64,000 bases of DNA, from assembly GCF_001194135.2 (NCBI RefSeq), contig NC_068986.1:114264188-114328187 (forward strand). The letters are read 5' to 3'. Both the position numbers and the translations under genes were made by a program. The DNA is from Octopus bimaculoides. Its lineage: Eukaryota. Below the pieces are notes generated by a model. It saw nothing but the letters and a program-made list of their open reading frames with translations. It searched no databases and was not told the origin of the DNA. This document shows positions 41,390 to 54,560 of the stretch, in pieces. How positions within the stretch are numbered: position 1 is the stretch's first letter; each line of letters begins with the position of its first letter.

Positions 41390-42574
41390 NNNNNNNNNNN
41401 NNNNNNNNNNNNNNNNNNNNNNNNNNNNNNNNNNNNNNNNNNNNNNNNNNNNNNNNNNNNNNNNNNNNNNNNNNNNNNNNNNNNNNNNNNNNNNNNNNNN
41501 NNNNNNNNNNNNNNNNNNNNNNNNNNNNNNNNNNNNNNNNNNNNNNNNNNNNNNNNNNNNNNNNNNNNNNNNNNNNNNNNNNNNNNNNNNNNNNNNNNNN
41601 NNNNNNNNNNNNNNNNNNNNNNNNNNNNNNNNNNNNNNNNNNNNNNNNNNNNNNNNNNNNNNNNNNNNNNNNNNNNNNNNNNNNNNNNNNNNNNNNNNNN
41701 NNNNNNNNNNNNNNNNNNNNNNNNNNNNNNNNNNNNNNNNNNNNNNNNNNNNNNNNNNNNNNNNNNNNNNNNNNNNNNNNNNNNNNNNNNNNNNNNNNNN
41801 NNNNNNNNNNNNNNNNNNNNNNNNNNNNNNNNNNNNNNNNNNNNNNNNNNNNNNNNNNNNNNNNNNNNNNNNNNNNNNNNNNNNNNNNNNNNNNNNNNNN
41901 NNNNNNNNNNNNNNNNNNNNNNNNNNNNNNNNNNNNNNNNNNNNGGTGTTCAGGGTGGTGACGGTGGTGTTCAAGGTGGTGGTGGTGGTGGTGGTGGTTG
42001 TTGTGTAACAGCGTACTGGGAAAATGTTCCATTCATCACGTGTTGGTTTCAGGTAAGTCTGAACTGGTCTCAGCACAAACTGGACGTTGTAAATCACAAA
42101 CGTCTCAGGAATGGCAGATGCTGGCGGCCGCGTGTGTGCGTGTGCGTGTATGACAGTAGAGAGGTGGTTGTGGCGATGTTGAAACAGCTTCGAACCCTGT
42201 TGATAGGGAGGTGTAGTGGCAGTAGTAACGATGCAGGTAGTTACATTGGTTCTCGTGGTATCATTGTAGATTGTAGTAATGAAAATGTTGGGGGTCCTGG
42301 TGGGGTGGTTTAACCATAGGTTGGCTCTAAATGGACTCACGTCTGATCAAACTCATGCCACCTATGACCATCCTGTATTTTCACAATTGGTTTATTCTCA
42401 ACAGATGTATCAGGCACCACATTATATATATTTTAAAGACAACTAATATGAGTGAATCTGGCTGCTATTTCTAGGAATTCGTGCGACTATGCACAGGCCT
42501 GGTTGTTGACTCATATTTTCTTACAGGGGGAAGGGAAGAGGAGAACGTGGTGAAGAAGAAAAAGTAGTAGTAGC

Positions 42575-42630
<56 letters not shown>

Positions 42631-42960
42631 CAAGAGGAGAAGAAACTAGAAAAGAGGAAGTAGAGATAGGTAATGCGTTCCACCAGGTTCAGGTCAGTTT
42701 TCATTTTGCACGTGTATGTATGTATGTATGTATGTGTGTGTGTGCATTTGTGTGTTTATGAGTATGTGCGTATTGTCTGTAAAATGGCGGAGTGAGTTGG
42801 TGTGGGGGCGGTGATTACTTCTGTGTAGGTCTGACAGTGTACATGTGTACATAACCCAAATATTTCGAATTGATGACCCGACACCTTCACCTCTATACGA
42901 CTATAGACCCAGTCGTCTACAACCAATGTCGTCATCCACCACCACCATCCAAACACCCAC

Positions 42961-42999
<39 letters not shown>

Positions 43000-43366
43000 T
43001 CTATCTCTCTCACTCTCTCTCTCTCTCTTTCTCTCTGTATGTCCCTCTCTCCCTCTTTCTTATTCTCTCTCTCTCTCTCTCTAACCCTCTCCCTTTCTCA
43101 GTCTAAACGGCGCAATATACATTCTTCTATCGGACACAGCTACCGGGCTGCCGTCAGGCTGGAGCTTTGCCTCCGGCGTTTTTATCGATCATATCGCCTC
43201 CAGTATTTATTTGTCTTTTACTTATTTTGCTGAGGTCCTATTTGTCGAAGTGCTATTGAGTGGGACGTAAAAGAAGGTAGCATAAGTTCAGCGGCCATTA
43301 CACTGACACAGACAAAGGTACACACTCACACACGTATATACATAGATACACATATGCATACATACA

Positions 43367-43397
<31 letters not shown>

Positions 43398-43420
43398 ACA
43401 GATACATACATGTACCTATG

Positions 43421-43785
43421 TATGAGGTGTGATCAAAATGTATCGGGACTGATGCCCTAAACGTAAACCACAGCACATATCAATTCAAAGTAGGCCTCTT
43501 CTGAAGTTAAACACTTTATTCAGCATCGTTTCCATTACTGGGGACTTTCCTCGAACTCCTTCTTCTTTTAGGATTCCGAGAAGTTGCCCAATCATATTCT
43601 TTGGGATTTACCGGGCGTCTTGAAATCTTCCTTTCAAGTGGGATTCTTTCCAAGCCTTAGCTATGAACTCATGATTCCTCACCTGTTATGACTGTTTTCA
43701 AAAGTGTTCGCCTGCTTCGACACAATCAAGAAGATCACGTGCAACTAAATCCCGATCTTCTTTCTGAGATGACCACATTTCACAC
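43421..43785 (-). mobile_element. Internally deleted mariner element
   Basis: TA plus TIR-like tgaggtgtgatcaaaa; minus-strand peptides RDLVARDLLDCVEAGEHF and KCLTSEEAYFE resemble mariner transposase. Confidence 0.6.
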
Positions 43786-43987
43786 CAGTGTTTCTCAACC
43801 TTTTTACCCTAGGGTAACGCTTAAAATAAATTACATGTCTCAAGGAACCCCTGATTGATTACCATATCTTTCTCATATTTTTTTCATCGTGGTTCACGTG
43901 GTAAATAAGAAAGAAAGAGACCTCGATATTATGTAAATAGAGGAATTTATCTGTAAAACTATGTGACAATTATTCGGTAGCCATGAT
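43786..43987 (+). mobile_element. hAT MITE left end
   Basis: Starts cagtgtttctcaacc, the same TIR as the right end of the 22705-23305 element; no right TIR is seen before the gap. Confidence 0.6.
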
Positions 43988-44122
43988 AAAACTCCGAATT
44001 TCGGATACCGGGGCGGAAACCCACACCGCTCTCTCTTCAGTTATTTGGCCATTTTCAATGGCCAGATAACTAAAGTGAGAGCGGTGTGGGTTTCCGCCCC
44101 GGTATCCGAAATTCGGAGTTTT
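43988..44122. repeat. 66-bp inverted repeat with a 3-nt spacer
   Basis: 43988-44053 versus 44057-44122, 63/66 complementary; runs into an N gap. Confidence 0.95.
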
Positions 44123-44656
44123 NNNNNNNNNNNNNNNNNNNNNNNNNNNNNNNNNNNNNNNNNNNNNNNNNNNNNNNNNNNNNNNNNNNNNNNNNNNNNN
44201 NNNNNNNNNNNNNNNNNNNNNNNNNNNNNNNNNNNNNNNNNNNNNNNNNNNNNNNNNNNNNNNNNNNNNNNNNNNNNNNNNNNNNNNNNNNNNNNNNNNN
44301 NNNNNNNNNNNNNNNNNNNNNNNNNNNNNNNNNNNNNNNNNNNNNNNNNNNNNNNNNNNNNNNNNNNNNNNNNNNNNNNNNNNNNNNNNNNNNNNNNNNN
44401 NNNNNNNNNNNNNNNNNNNNNNNNNNNNNNNNNNNNNNNNNNNNNNNNNNNNNNNNNNNNNNNNNNNNNNNNNNNNNNNNNNNNNNNNNNNNNNNNNNNN
44501 NNNNNNNNNNNNNNNNNNNNNNNNNNNNNNNNNNNNNNNNNNNNNNNNNNNNNNNNNNNNNNNNNNNNNNNNNNNNNNNNNNNNNNNNNNNNNNNNNNNN
44601 NNNNNNNNNNNNNNNNNNNNNNNNNNNNNNNNNNNNNNNNNNNNNNNNNNNNNNNN

Positions 44657-45130
44657 TCTCAAAAAACGGTTAGTGTCAGTTTTTGTACGGGGGTTGAGTC
44701 TTGAATTTCTTTTTTGTTGGCGAGTTAGGGTGTTTCCATGCCATACTCTGCTTTTTGGATTCTGACTGAAAGTGGTGCTCCCAGATCTCAACTGGTAGGT
44801 TTATGACTATTCTCTCCAGAAAATGTTCGCCGTCAACATTAAAGCGGTTGAGTAAATCAGATCTCTACAGAAATCTCTACACGATGGCGCTTATGCGCTT
44901 CGGTAAACTCCTTTGGCACCCACCTCGCATGGAAGAGAAGTGATTGGTGGGTTATTTCGTATGCTGAACGATGACTAATTCGCAGAGAACATGTTACTTT
45001 TTCGATGGTCACTCGCCGGTTCGTCAGAACCATCTCTCGAGTTTGTTGAATCTTCACGTTAGTGATGGAAGTTGATGGACGTCCTACTCCTTGTTCGTGC
45101 TTCACGTTTGTCCGGCCATTAAACTTCTCG
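44657..45130 (-). mobile_element. Mariner transposase fragment
   Basis: GRPSTSITNVKIQQTREMVLTNRRVTIEKVTCSLRISHRSAYEI...ARWVPKEFTE and SKKQSMAWKHPNSPTKKKFKTQP. Confidence 0.9.
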
Positions 45131-45999
45131 ATCTACTTATACTCATACACACTTCTTTGCGGCACCAAGACGTTCTTATCATTTAGAAGATGAGACTGAG
45201 AAGCTTTCGAGAAGTTAAAGACCTTGGAAAGACTAATGAGGTAATAAACGAAATCAATAACAAACGGGGTTAAAGTGAAACAATAACTATCTTTATCATT
45301 TTCCAACGAAAAACTGTTCCTCAAAAACAGAAATATGTGTTCGAATGTGAGCGTGCCTGTGCGAATGTGTGTGTGTGTGTGTGTGCGTGCGTGCGTGTGT
45401 CTGTGTGTGTGTGGGAATATATGTATATATGCCTGTCTGTCTGCTTTGCCTTGACCAATCACTGAGAGCATACAAAAGGTCCTGAGTGGCACTATATTTC
45501 TTCCTTTCACTGAAAGACAAAACATATTTGACAGTTTGTTTGTGGATAAGCTGTAAATAAATGTGTATGCGTATATATAACAAACAACTTTCGCTGTATA
45601 AATAAATATAGGAGTTGATAATGACCAGGCGAATCTGGTCGAGTTGACTTTTGCTTCTTTCTGCGGAGAGAACCCTGTATTTTAACTACTACGTCTATTT
45701 ATGTTTACACAGTGAGGATAAATGTGTATTTAATTAACATACGAATAAAAATTTCCTTACGATTTATCTACAAACACAATCTCATTTCATTAAAATATAC
45801 ACGTATAAAAATATGTACATATATTTATATATACTGTAACTGTATGTGTGTGAGTGTGTGTGTGTGTGTGTGTCTGTCTGTCTGTCTGTGTCTGTATGTG
45901 TATATACACACACACACATATGTATTTAGCATGGTCAGATAAATTCGTTCTTTTCTTTCCAATGTTATTTGAATTAATAGGAAAAGTATTATTACAACA

Positions 46000-46520
46000 T
46001 TTGTTTATCGATTTTGAAATTTAAATAAATTTTATCTCTTTTCAGACAAGTAAAGTAGAAAACTAAGATTTGCATTTTTGTCATCTGTTTCTTTTTGCTT
46101 TCAATCCAGGTTCCAAAGCTGCCAAAGCCACTTGAGGCGTTAGTGCTGAGTATGAAGAAGGGGCCATTACGAACCGCATGGATGTGGATTCCAAGCTTTA
46201 AGGGGGAGAAATTCGACCTCACAATCTCTGTACAACCGATCTGTTCATCTCTATGAGGATCGTTCGAAAAAACACATCCACGAGGATTTGCGCCACTCCA
46301 CTAAGGAATTAGCCCAACACATGGAATGCCCTCAACAACGATGTGGAGCTGAAAATGTGCCTGAATGAATTCTTCTAGTCACCACTCTTGATTTCTACTG
46401 TCGTCTGGAGGCCGAGGTTGAAGCCAATGGCGATTTTATTGAATAAATTTACTCTTTAGTATTTCAAGATATTTTTATGTAATATTGATATATCTGTTAA
46501 AATGAGGTGTCAGTGTTATT
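46000..46520 (+). mobile_element. Internally deleted mariner remnant
   Basis: NPGSKAAKAT*GVSAEYEEGAIT (N-terminal HTH region) and EVEANGDFIE* (C-terminus). Confidence 0.6.
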
Positions 46521-46579
46521 TTCATTTTTGCATAATTCAGACAGCAGTTTATTCACCGCACCCTTCGAGCAGCTGACTT

Positions 46580-46822
46580 GCGGTCGAGGGATCGGGCGAT
46601 GTGTGTGTTTATGAGCGAAACACCTAAGCTCCACGCGGCTCCGGCAGAAAGTAATGGCGAACTTCTGCTGACTCTTTCACCACAACTTTCACTCTTTTCC
46701 CTTACATCTAACAGCTCACCTGCGATGGACCGGCGTCCTATCTAGGTGGTGAACCTATACGGCAATGAAACAGGGAAACCGGCCTTCATGAGTCAGGCAT
46801 GTCTCGAGAAGGAACAAACAAC
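46580..46822 (+). mobile_element. Mosaic SINE (family D body, family C-type tail)
   Basis: gagcgaaacacctaagctccacg matches D; gcgatggaccggcgtcc...gggaaaccggcc...gagaaggaac matches the tail of C at 47644-47740. Confidence 0.7.
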
Positions 46823-47643
46823 ATGAATATATATATATACTATGAATATAATATAACAAAAAACTATTAAAAAACCAAAAGAACCAACAATGTGTATCGA
46901 CTTATATACATTATTTGATTTATAATCAATTCATATCCATTTATATAAGCCTCTTCAGAGCTTTGGTTTAAAAGACAGGTGAAATTCCCTGTGAAAGGAC
47001 GGCTGGATTGTAAAAAACTTAATTCAAATGCCTATGTTTAGGAGCGTCAGCGTTAACTATATAATTGCAATTAAAAACCAACAAAATTATAACGAACAAA
47101 ATAATTAAGTAAATAGAATCTACAGCTATCGAAATATGTGTCTATTTATCTCAAATAATATTAATAATATTAATCCAAATTCTGTTGGCTCGAAAACAAT
47201 CTTAGGCTGTTTATGATAACATACAACATTAATGTATAAGTATCAGGCTTACTTAATCTAGAAACGGTAATAAAACGTTCGAATAAATATTAATGATTGT
47301 CATTTGAATCTCTCTATTTAATTTATTGTATGTAATTTGCATTATACCCATATTTCTGTGGTATTCAACTGACGTACCAGTGAATTGGATGTTTTACACA
47401 CACCTTTGAAGGAATTCCTTTCCGTAGTTTGTGTACATGTATACATGTATGGATGCATGCATGCATGCACGTGTGGATGCATGTTTGTATGGATACATGC
47501 ATGCATGTATGTATGTAGGGATTGATGTATGGATAGGTGCACGTATGTATGTATGTGTGTACGTATGTGTATGCAATAAATCATTATGGGACAACGCAGT
47601 AGATTGGATAAAATCTGTTCCTGCAGGTAAAGTTTAGATAAAG

Positions 47644-47863
47644 TTTCCTTCCCGAGTCATCCTTACTCTTAAGGGCCGGTTTTCCGATTTCCACCTTGAT
47701 GGGACCCCGGTCCGTCGTAGGGTTACGCATTTTTGCCAGCTGGGTGGACTGGAGCAACGTGAAATGAAGTGTTTTGCTCAAGAACACAACACATCGCTTG
47801 GTCCAGGAATCGAAACCACAATCTTACGACCATGAGCCAAACACCCTAACCACTAAGTCACAC
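47644..47863 (-). mobile_element. SINE family C
   Basis: Minus-strand head ttagtggttagggtgtttggctcatggtcgtaagattgtggtttcgattcc. Confidence 0.85.
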
Positions 47864-48976
47864 GTTTCTGCAACCTATTACAATACCAATAAACTCGACG
47901 AGTACTTCATGTTTTTCCTCTAACAGCTGATTGAATCAGTTTGCAAAAGCCGTTAGGAGGCGATACATGAGGTCTCAGTCAGCTCCCTATTACCGATATC
48001 ATGTATTTCCTCTTTAACTGCCTGACGATGTGCTGGCTACTATACTGGTGCATCTACTGGTTGCATCTATAGTGTGATGCTATGCGTTGCAGAGTACTGA
48101 AACATATGTAACAGATGAAATAAAGAAGCACCAAGTCAATATCCATGATCTTTTGATATTATCATTATTATTATTATTATTATTGTTCAGTAGTTTTATT
48201 TTTATAACGTGCTTTCACTTCACTACCGAGCGCAGCTCTGTGTGCCTTGGGTATGTGCTGTGGTTTGCTGTTTTATTATTATTATTATTACTACTGTGCT
48301 CTTTGTATTACGTCATAGCCCAACTCTGACTGCAGAGGACCCGTGTGTGCGAGCAACAGTGGGAGTTTAATGTGATTGACATTGGAGCCGAAACTTTAAT
48401 GATTCAATTCTAATGCGTGAGCGAATCCATACCTACGAATGTTTATACACGCACACACACACACACACAGATACATACATGCATGCAAGCTCTCATACAA
48501 CGGCCAGAACAGCCAACGTAACCACCACCACTGCCTACAAGCCTTTAGTACGTTTTTTGGTGTCAGGGTAACTTGATATGCTGAGTTGTCTTACTTCCCA
48601 CTTACATGAAGTAGCTTTTTACTCCCACATTCACAAATCTCAGAGAACAGCAAATAAAATATTGGCATTGGCACTGTCCTTCTTCATCAGATAAGCCATT
48701 AAAATTGGATATAAATACCACAAAAAGCATTTGGTCTTCCGCCATACCAGTTCTGTCATTCCAATAATAGAATAACTAATGATAAAATGTAAACTGGATT
48801 TGCCGTGTCAGTTAGTCGAAGTCTCGGTTCACTGATAACACGTTGAACTTCACTCACACACACAACACACACACACAACACACACACACGTACATGGACA
48901 GATGCGTATGTATATATATAGAGAGAGGGAGAGACACGCACATACACACATATATATATACACATATACACCTATA

Positions 48977-49029
<53 letters not shown>

Positions 49030-49605
49030 AATAAGATTAAGATTAAGATTAATGTAATATAAAGCTGAANNNNNNNNNNNNNNNNNNNNNNNNNNNNNNN
49101 NNNNNNNNNNNNNNNNNNNNNNNNNNNNNNNNNNNNNNNNNNNNNNNNNNNNNNNNNNNNNNNNNNNNNNNNNNNNNNNNNNNNNNNNNNNNNNNNNNNN
49201 NNNNNNNNNNNNNNNNNNNNNNNNNNNNNNNNNNNNNNNNNNNNNNNNNNNNNNNNNNNNNNNNNNNNNNNNNNNNNNNNNNNNNNNNNNNNNNNNNNNN
49301 NNNNNNNNNNNNNNNNNNNNNNNNNNNNNNNNNNNNNNNNNNNNNNNNNNNNNNNNNNNNNNNNNNNNNNNNNNNNNNNNNNNNNNNNNNNNNNNNNNAT
49401 GGTGGCAGCTGATGAAGGAAATGTTCTCTATGTGGCCTGTGTGTTTTCTGTACTTGTTTATCATTTGTCTACGTTTTGTTTGCAATGTCCTGTACCCAGA
49501 TATGCATCTATATATACAGGTAGATGTAAGTATGTAAATACATGTACGTATAAAGATGCATATACTCATTTATTATTTGTATTATATATATATATATTAT
49601 ACATA

Positions 49606-49770
49606 GGCGCAGGAGTGGCTGTGTGGTAAGTAGCTTGCTTACCAGCCACATGGTTCCGGGTTCATTCCCACTGCGTGGCACTTTGGGCAAGTGTCTTCTA
49701 CTATAGCCTCGGGCCGACCAAAGCCTTGTGAGTGGATTTGGTAGACGGAAACTGAAAGAAGCCCGTCGTA
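49606..49770 (+). mobile_element. SINE family B, near-intact head
   Basis: ggcgcaggagtggctgtgtggtaag...gggttcattccc...gggcaagtgtcttctactatagcc. Confidence 0.9.
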
Positions 49771-50545
49771 TATATGTATACATATGTATGTGTGTGTGTG
49801 TGTATGTTTGTGTGTGTGTGCGTGCAAATGTGTGTTTATATATATATGTGTGCCTATACATCTATACGGATGCATATATGAATATGTGCATGGTCACGCA
49901 TATAAGGATACACACGCACACACACACGCACACACACACACTCACACAAACACACAAATGCAGGTATATCAAATGCCATGTAACCTAACTTCTTGACTTA
50001 TTAAAATTACCTCCGCCGCTAGAGAATATGCCATAATTACCGAAAGGCAGTTAAGACCCGCAGCGAAAGAGAGACAATCTCCGGAGATGACCTGTCACGA
50101 AGGTAAAGGATCGGGCGATAAGACTTCGGACTGGGCGACGCGTTTCTGTCTCAGTATGCATCATCACCACGACAATTTGACAGCCCTGTGTCCAGCAGGC
50201 CAGGGACTTACACATTTACAAACAAACAAACAAAAATAGAAGACTTTTTTTTGGTTTAGGTACTGTGTATGTAAGTTTTGGCAGTGGCATGTTTTTGAAC
50301 AACATAGACAAATACAGGTATATCAAATAGCATATAACATAAATTCTTGGTTTATTAAAATTATTTTGAGGATGTGTCATAATTACCATATGGCAATTGA
50401 GACCATATGTATATCTCTCCTTATATGTGTGCGAGCGTGCATGGATTTGTTCATGTATATATGTGTGTATGTGTGTGTGTATGTACGGGTGTATGCATGT
50501 GTAGCTGTGCATATACCCACTACACACACACATATATATTCATAA

Positions 50546-50595
<50 letters not shown>

Positions 50596-50639
50596 ATATA
50601 CAACACACACATTTACACAACACAGACAGACAGACAGAC

Positions 50640-50693
<54 letters not shown>

Positions 50694-51249
50694 GAAAGAA
50701 AGGCTGTGGATTTTATAGATCAGTTTCTTTAATGTATACTTTTTCTCTTTCTCTTCTCTTTTATGTCTTTCATCCTTAGTTTCTGATGTTATTTCCTACT
50801 TGCATAATAAACTTTAATCGTATTTGCGAATGATTATCTTCCTTTCTGATAATGTTGGTTCCTCATTTTTGACAATATCCGGATTGGTGAATTACATATC
50901 CTCCTCAATACTAAGTAATTAGGAGTTTCTATTCTTTTTAATGTGAATATAAACCCACTCCCGACCTTCAGAAATGAGTATAACTCCTAAAATATATTTA
51001 TTATTTTCTTGTGATTATGTCCATGGACTGTAATTTTTGCTTCGGTGACATTTATTCCATTGAACTGAATAACTAAACCGGGTATCGTCCTACATTCCAT
51101 TTCTTTACTCCTTTGTCCGGAGTAGTATTATAACTGCATTAATCTTTTAATATTAATCTATGTGATAGCAAGCCTGATGTATTTACAATATTTAAATATT
51201 TAGGAATAATTTCGGAAAACGAAAACCATCCTGAGCTGAACATTTGAAA

Positions 51250-51550
51250 GGACTAAACGTTGCTGTTTCATCTCCTGGAAAGTGCTTCGATGTGGCCACG
51301 TAATCGTTGCGTTTTGTATTGTTGTTGTTGTTGTTTTGTTTTTTTTAGGTGAAACAACTTTATTTTTTATTTAATTATTTATTTTTCTGTCTCAGATGGA
51401 ATATATGAGATAGAGAAACGTTGGGTAAACGTCATAGATGAACATGGATCATACTTTGATTAACTAAATCAGTTCTCTAACACTTCTGAGGCATTTTAGT
51501 GTTACCTTTCAAATACAACATTTCATGTGAAACAACCTAACACCTAGTAC
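51250..51550 (+). mobile_element. Mariner 3' end remnant
   Basis: DGIYEIEKRWVNVIDEHGSYFD* (cf. GIxKLPERWQKxIDxxGxYF) followed by a TIR-like tttcatgtgaaacaacctaa...ta. Confidence 0.6.
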
Positions 51551-52689
51551 CAACGCTGACAGTGACGGTTCCCCCATCTTCAAATGATGTAACTTCTAGA
51601 ATATGATACAATAAAGTTCTCAGATAGAAAGCTTTTTATATTTGGGGAAAAACTCGGCACAGTAGCGTGTGAGGTATATTTTCTAGCATCACACATTTTC
51701 TTGTACATTACACCATGTACATTTGGGATAGCAGTATAGAACAGGCGTTTTTCATGTGATCTGGAGAATGCAAACAAATTACGATTAAGCTTCATCCGTT
51801 CTGTTACGGTTGAATTATTTTTCGATAGTTTCTTCAGTTTGTTTTATTGTTTTAGAAACAAAACATATTGCCTGGTGTACGGGTGGACATGAACCTCACA
51901 TTTTAAACCCACCCTCACAATATCTTACAAGACGCATCGACTATCAATATAATTTCCTAATTAATGTTTGTTGTTTCTTGCATTTGTTTTTCTTTTCTTT
52001 TTTTTCTGTGTTGGTTATCGTTTTTTTTTTTTTTTGTACCCCGTAATAGTCACTGCTATGCGGTCGTGATATTCACGAATACTAAACCATTAAGCCAACA
52101 TATCATCCTCCACCATCAAATGGAAATAGTAATGAAAAGCTTTGACGGATCATAATTTGGATCAATAGACTTGATTCTTTGAAGTGAAGCCTCTCCTACA
52201 ACACCACGTTTACGTAACGTAATAAGTCGTTCCGGTTGTAGGGTCTCCAACTTAGTATCTGCCGTAATTACCGCAAGTTTTTATATTATGTAAAATAATA
52301 CATGTATGTAATTAAATGAAAAGAAACTATATTTACCTTTATGACTGAATAGCTGGCTTGCTAAAGAAATATGAATTCCACTTCATTTATGAAACTAAAT
52401 ATACGTAACTAAAATTAATTGCTTAATGAAAGTTTTTCAGTTCCAATGTAAACAATGTCGTATATCGCTCCGATGATGAAACTTAATTGCGATGTGTATG
52501 AAACATAAAAAGACGTTGAAATCGATAGCTTAATGAAAGTCATTTCAGCTTTGATGCGAACAATGTGGTGTATCACGAGTGGATCTTATCTTTATTGAAA
52601 TATTGATAAAGAAAATGATAGCTTGATAGAATTATTTCAACTTTGATAGAAACAATGTAATGTGTCGCTTAAGTGATTAAAAGGAACAG

Positions 52690-52779
<90 letters not shown>

Positions 52780-53000
52780 AATAATGTTATACGAATTGCA
52801 AATAAATACTAATTTAATTTGAATATAAATATAAATATATGTGAGTGTGTACACGTGTGCGCGCGTGTGTGTATACTGTGAGTATATATACATATATACA
52901 GAGAGAAAGAAAGAGACGCGTATAAACATACACACACACACACCACTAAGACACAAACCTCGACATAGAAATATATCCTTTTCGTATTTCATATATATAT

Positions 53001-53175
53001 GGCGAGTGGGCGCAGACGTAGCTGCGTGATAAGAAATCTGCTTCGCAGCTACACAGATTTGGGCCCTTCCCTCTGCGTGCCACCTTGAATAAATGTCTCC
53101 TACTATAGCCTCGAGTCGACCAACACCATACCATATGAGTGGATTTAGTAGATGGAAACTAAACGAAACCCGCTA
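53001..53175 (+). mobile_element. SINE family B, degenerate
   Basis: Homology to 49606-49770. Confidence 0.75.
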
Positions 53176-53192
53176 TGTGCGTGTCTATGTGC

Positions 53193-53229
<37 letters not shown>

Positions 53230-53732
53230 CGTGTGCGTGTGCGCATTTGTGTGTGTATGTATGCGTGCGTGCGTGCGTGCGTGTGTGCGTGCGTGCGTGC
53301 GTGAGTGCGTACTTATGTCTGTGTTAGTTTGTGTTTGTTTTTGTGTTTATCTCTCACCACCGCTTCNNNNNNNNNNNNNNNNNNNNNNNNNNNNNNNNNN
53401 NNNNNNNNNNNNNNNNNNNNNNNNNNNNNNNNNNNNNNNNNNNNNNNNNNNNNNNNNNNNNNNNNNNNNNNNNNNNNNNNNNNNNNNNNNNNNNNNNNNN
53501 NNNNNNNNNNNNNNNNNNNNNNNNNNNNNNNNNNNNNNNNNNNNNNNNNNNNNNNNNNNNNNNNNNNNNNNNNNNNNNNNNNNNNNNNNNNNNNNNNNNN
53601 NNNNNNNNNNNNNNNNNNNNNNNNNNNNNNNNNNNNNNNNNNNNNNNNNNNNNNNNNNNNNNNNNNNNNNNNNNNNNNNNNNNNNNNNNNNNNNNNNNNN
53701 NNNNNNNNNNNNNNNNNNNNNNNNNNNNNNNN

Positions 53733-53769
<37 letters not shown>

Positions 53770-53774
53770 CTCCA

Positions 53775-54560
53775 ATGGGGTCCAGCTTGTCAGGCATTAA
53801 CATCGTCTCACGAGGATGTTGTTAAAATATACAATATGTCGAACAATATCGATGAAGATATGGAACACTCCAATAACACCGGTTCCTTATTTCTGCTTGA
53901 ATTTGAACTCAAACGCACAGAGAATCTATCCATCTCCTCAACGATATACAGAAAAGTGTCATGCACGGGTGGATTTATACATTACTATTCATCCCAACCC
54001 TTCAGAGGTAAGATGACCTATTTTAGAAATGAGACCTACAGGATAGCAAATGTAGCAGGCCAGGAAGTAAAAAGCACTAACACCATACAGTTCTGAAATG
54101 TCCTGATGGACAATGGTTATCCATACTATTTCACTAAACACCAGGACAGCCCCAGACCATCAAATAAAGCCACATATCCAAAGATAACGTGCTTTTTTGA
54201 AATTGACTTCAGCAATCCTCTATAAAGAGGAACTGGACGACTAACACACTCAGTCTCTAACAAGTTAAGACCAAACAGCACCTTATGTACATTACCCAAC
54301 TGCCCGGTCAAAGACAAAAATATATACCTGCAGTCCTATGTGGCATACAAGATCACGTGTAGCAATATAATGAATTTGACAGGTTCACATACGAGTTAAA
54401 GAACACCTCTCGCTAATGGTTCTTCCGTCAGAAATGCTACACTCAAGACATCCAGGTTTCCATTGAAACAACAGAAAGAAACATTGGGAACTTGTGGGTA
54501 AAAGAAGCCATTTTAATTAACAAACACAACTCACGAATCATTAGCAGATCCGAACTCCAC
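53775..54560 (+). mobile_element. Penelope-like element fragment (RT thumb + GIY-YIG)
   Basis: IYRKVSCTGGFIHYYSSQP...NVLMDNGYPYYF (cf. YRKxTHTxxYLHYxSxHP...LxxNGYP), then VAYKITC and LWVKEAILINK (GIY-YIG-like); many stops. Confidence 0.75.

Noticed and set aside
41028-42340. Thr-rich mucin-like ORFs and a peptide ending RDEWNIFPVRCY
   Set aside because: Built from degenerate ACC/ACT repeats, a gap and part of repeat family F; no splice or homology support.
47950-48010. miRNA-like hairpin
   Set aside because: Only about 8+3 bp pair around a large unpaired region.
49405-49460. CTGATGAAG motif
   Set aside because: No stem II or GAAA follows.
52421-52670. CRISPR array
   Set aside because: Eukaryotic context, repeats too diverged, only three units, no cas genes.
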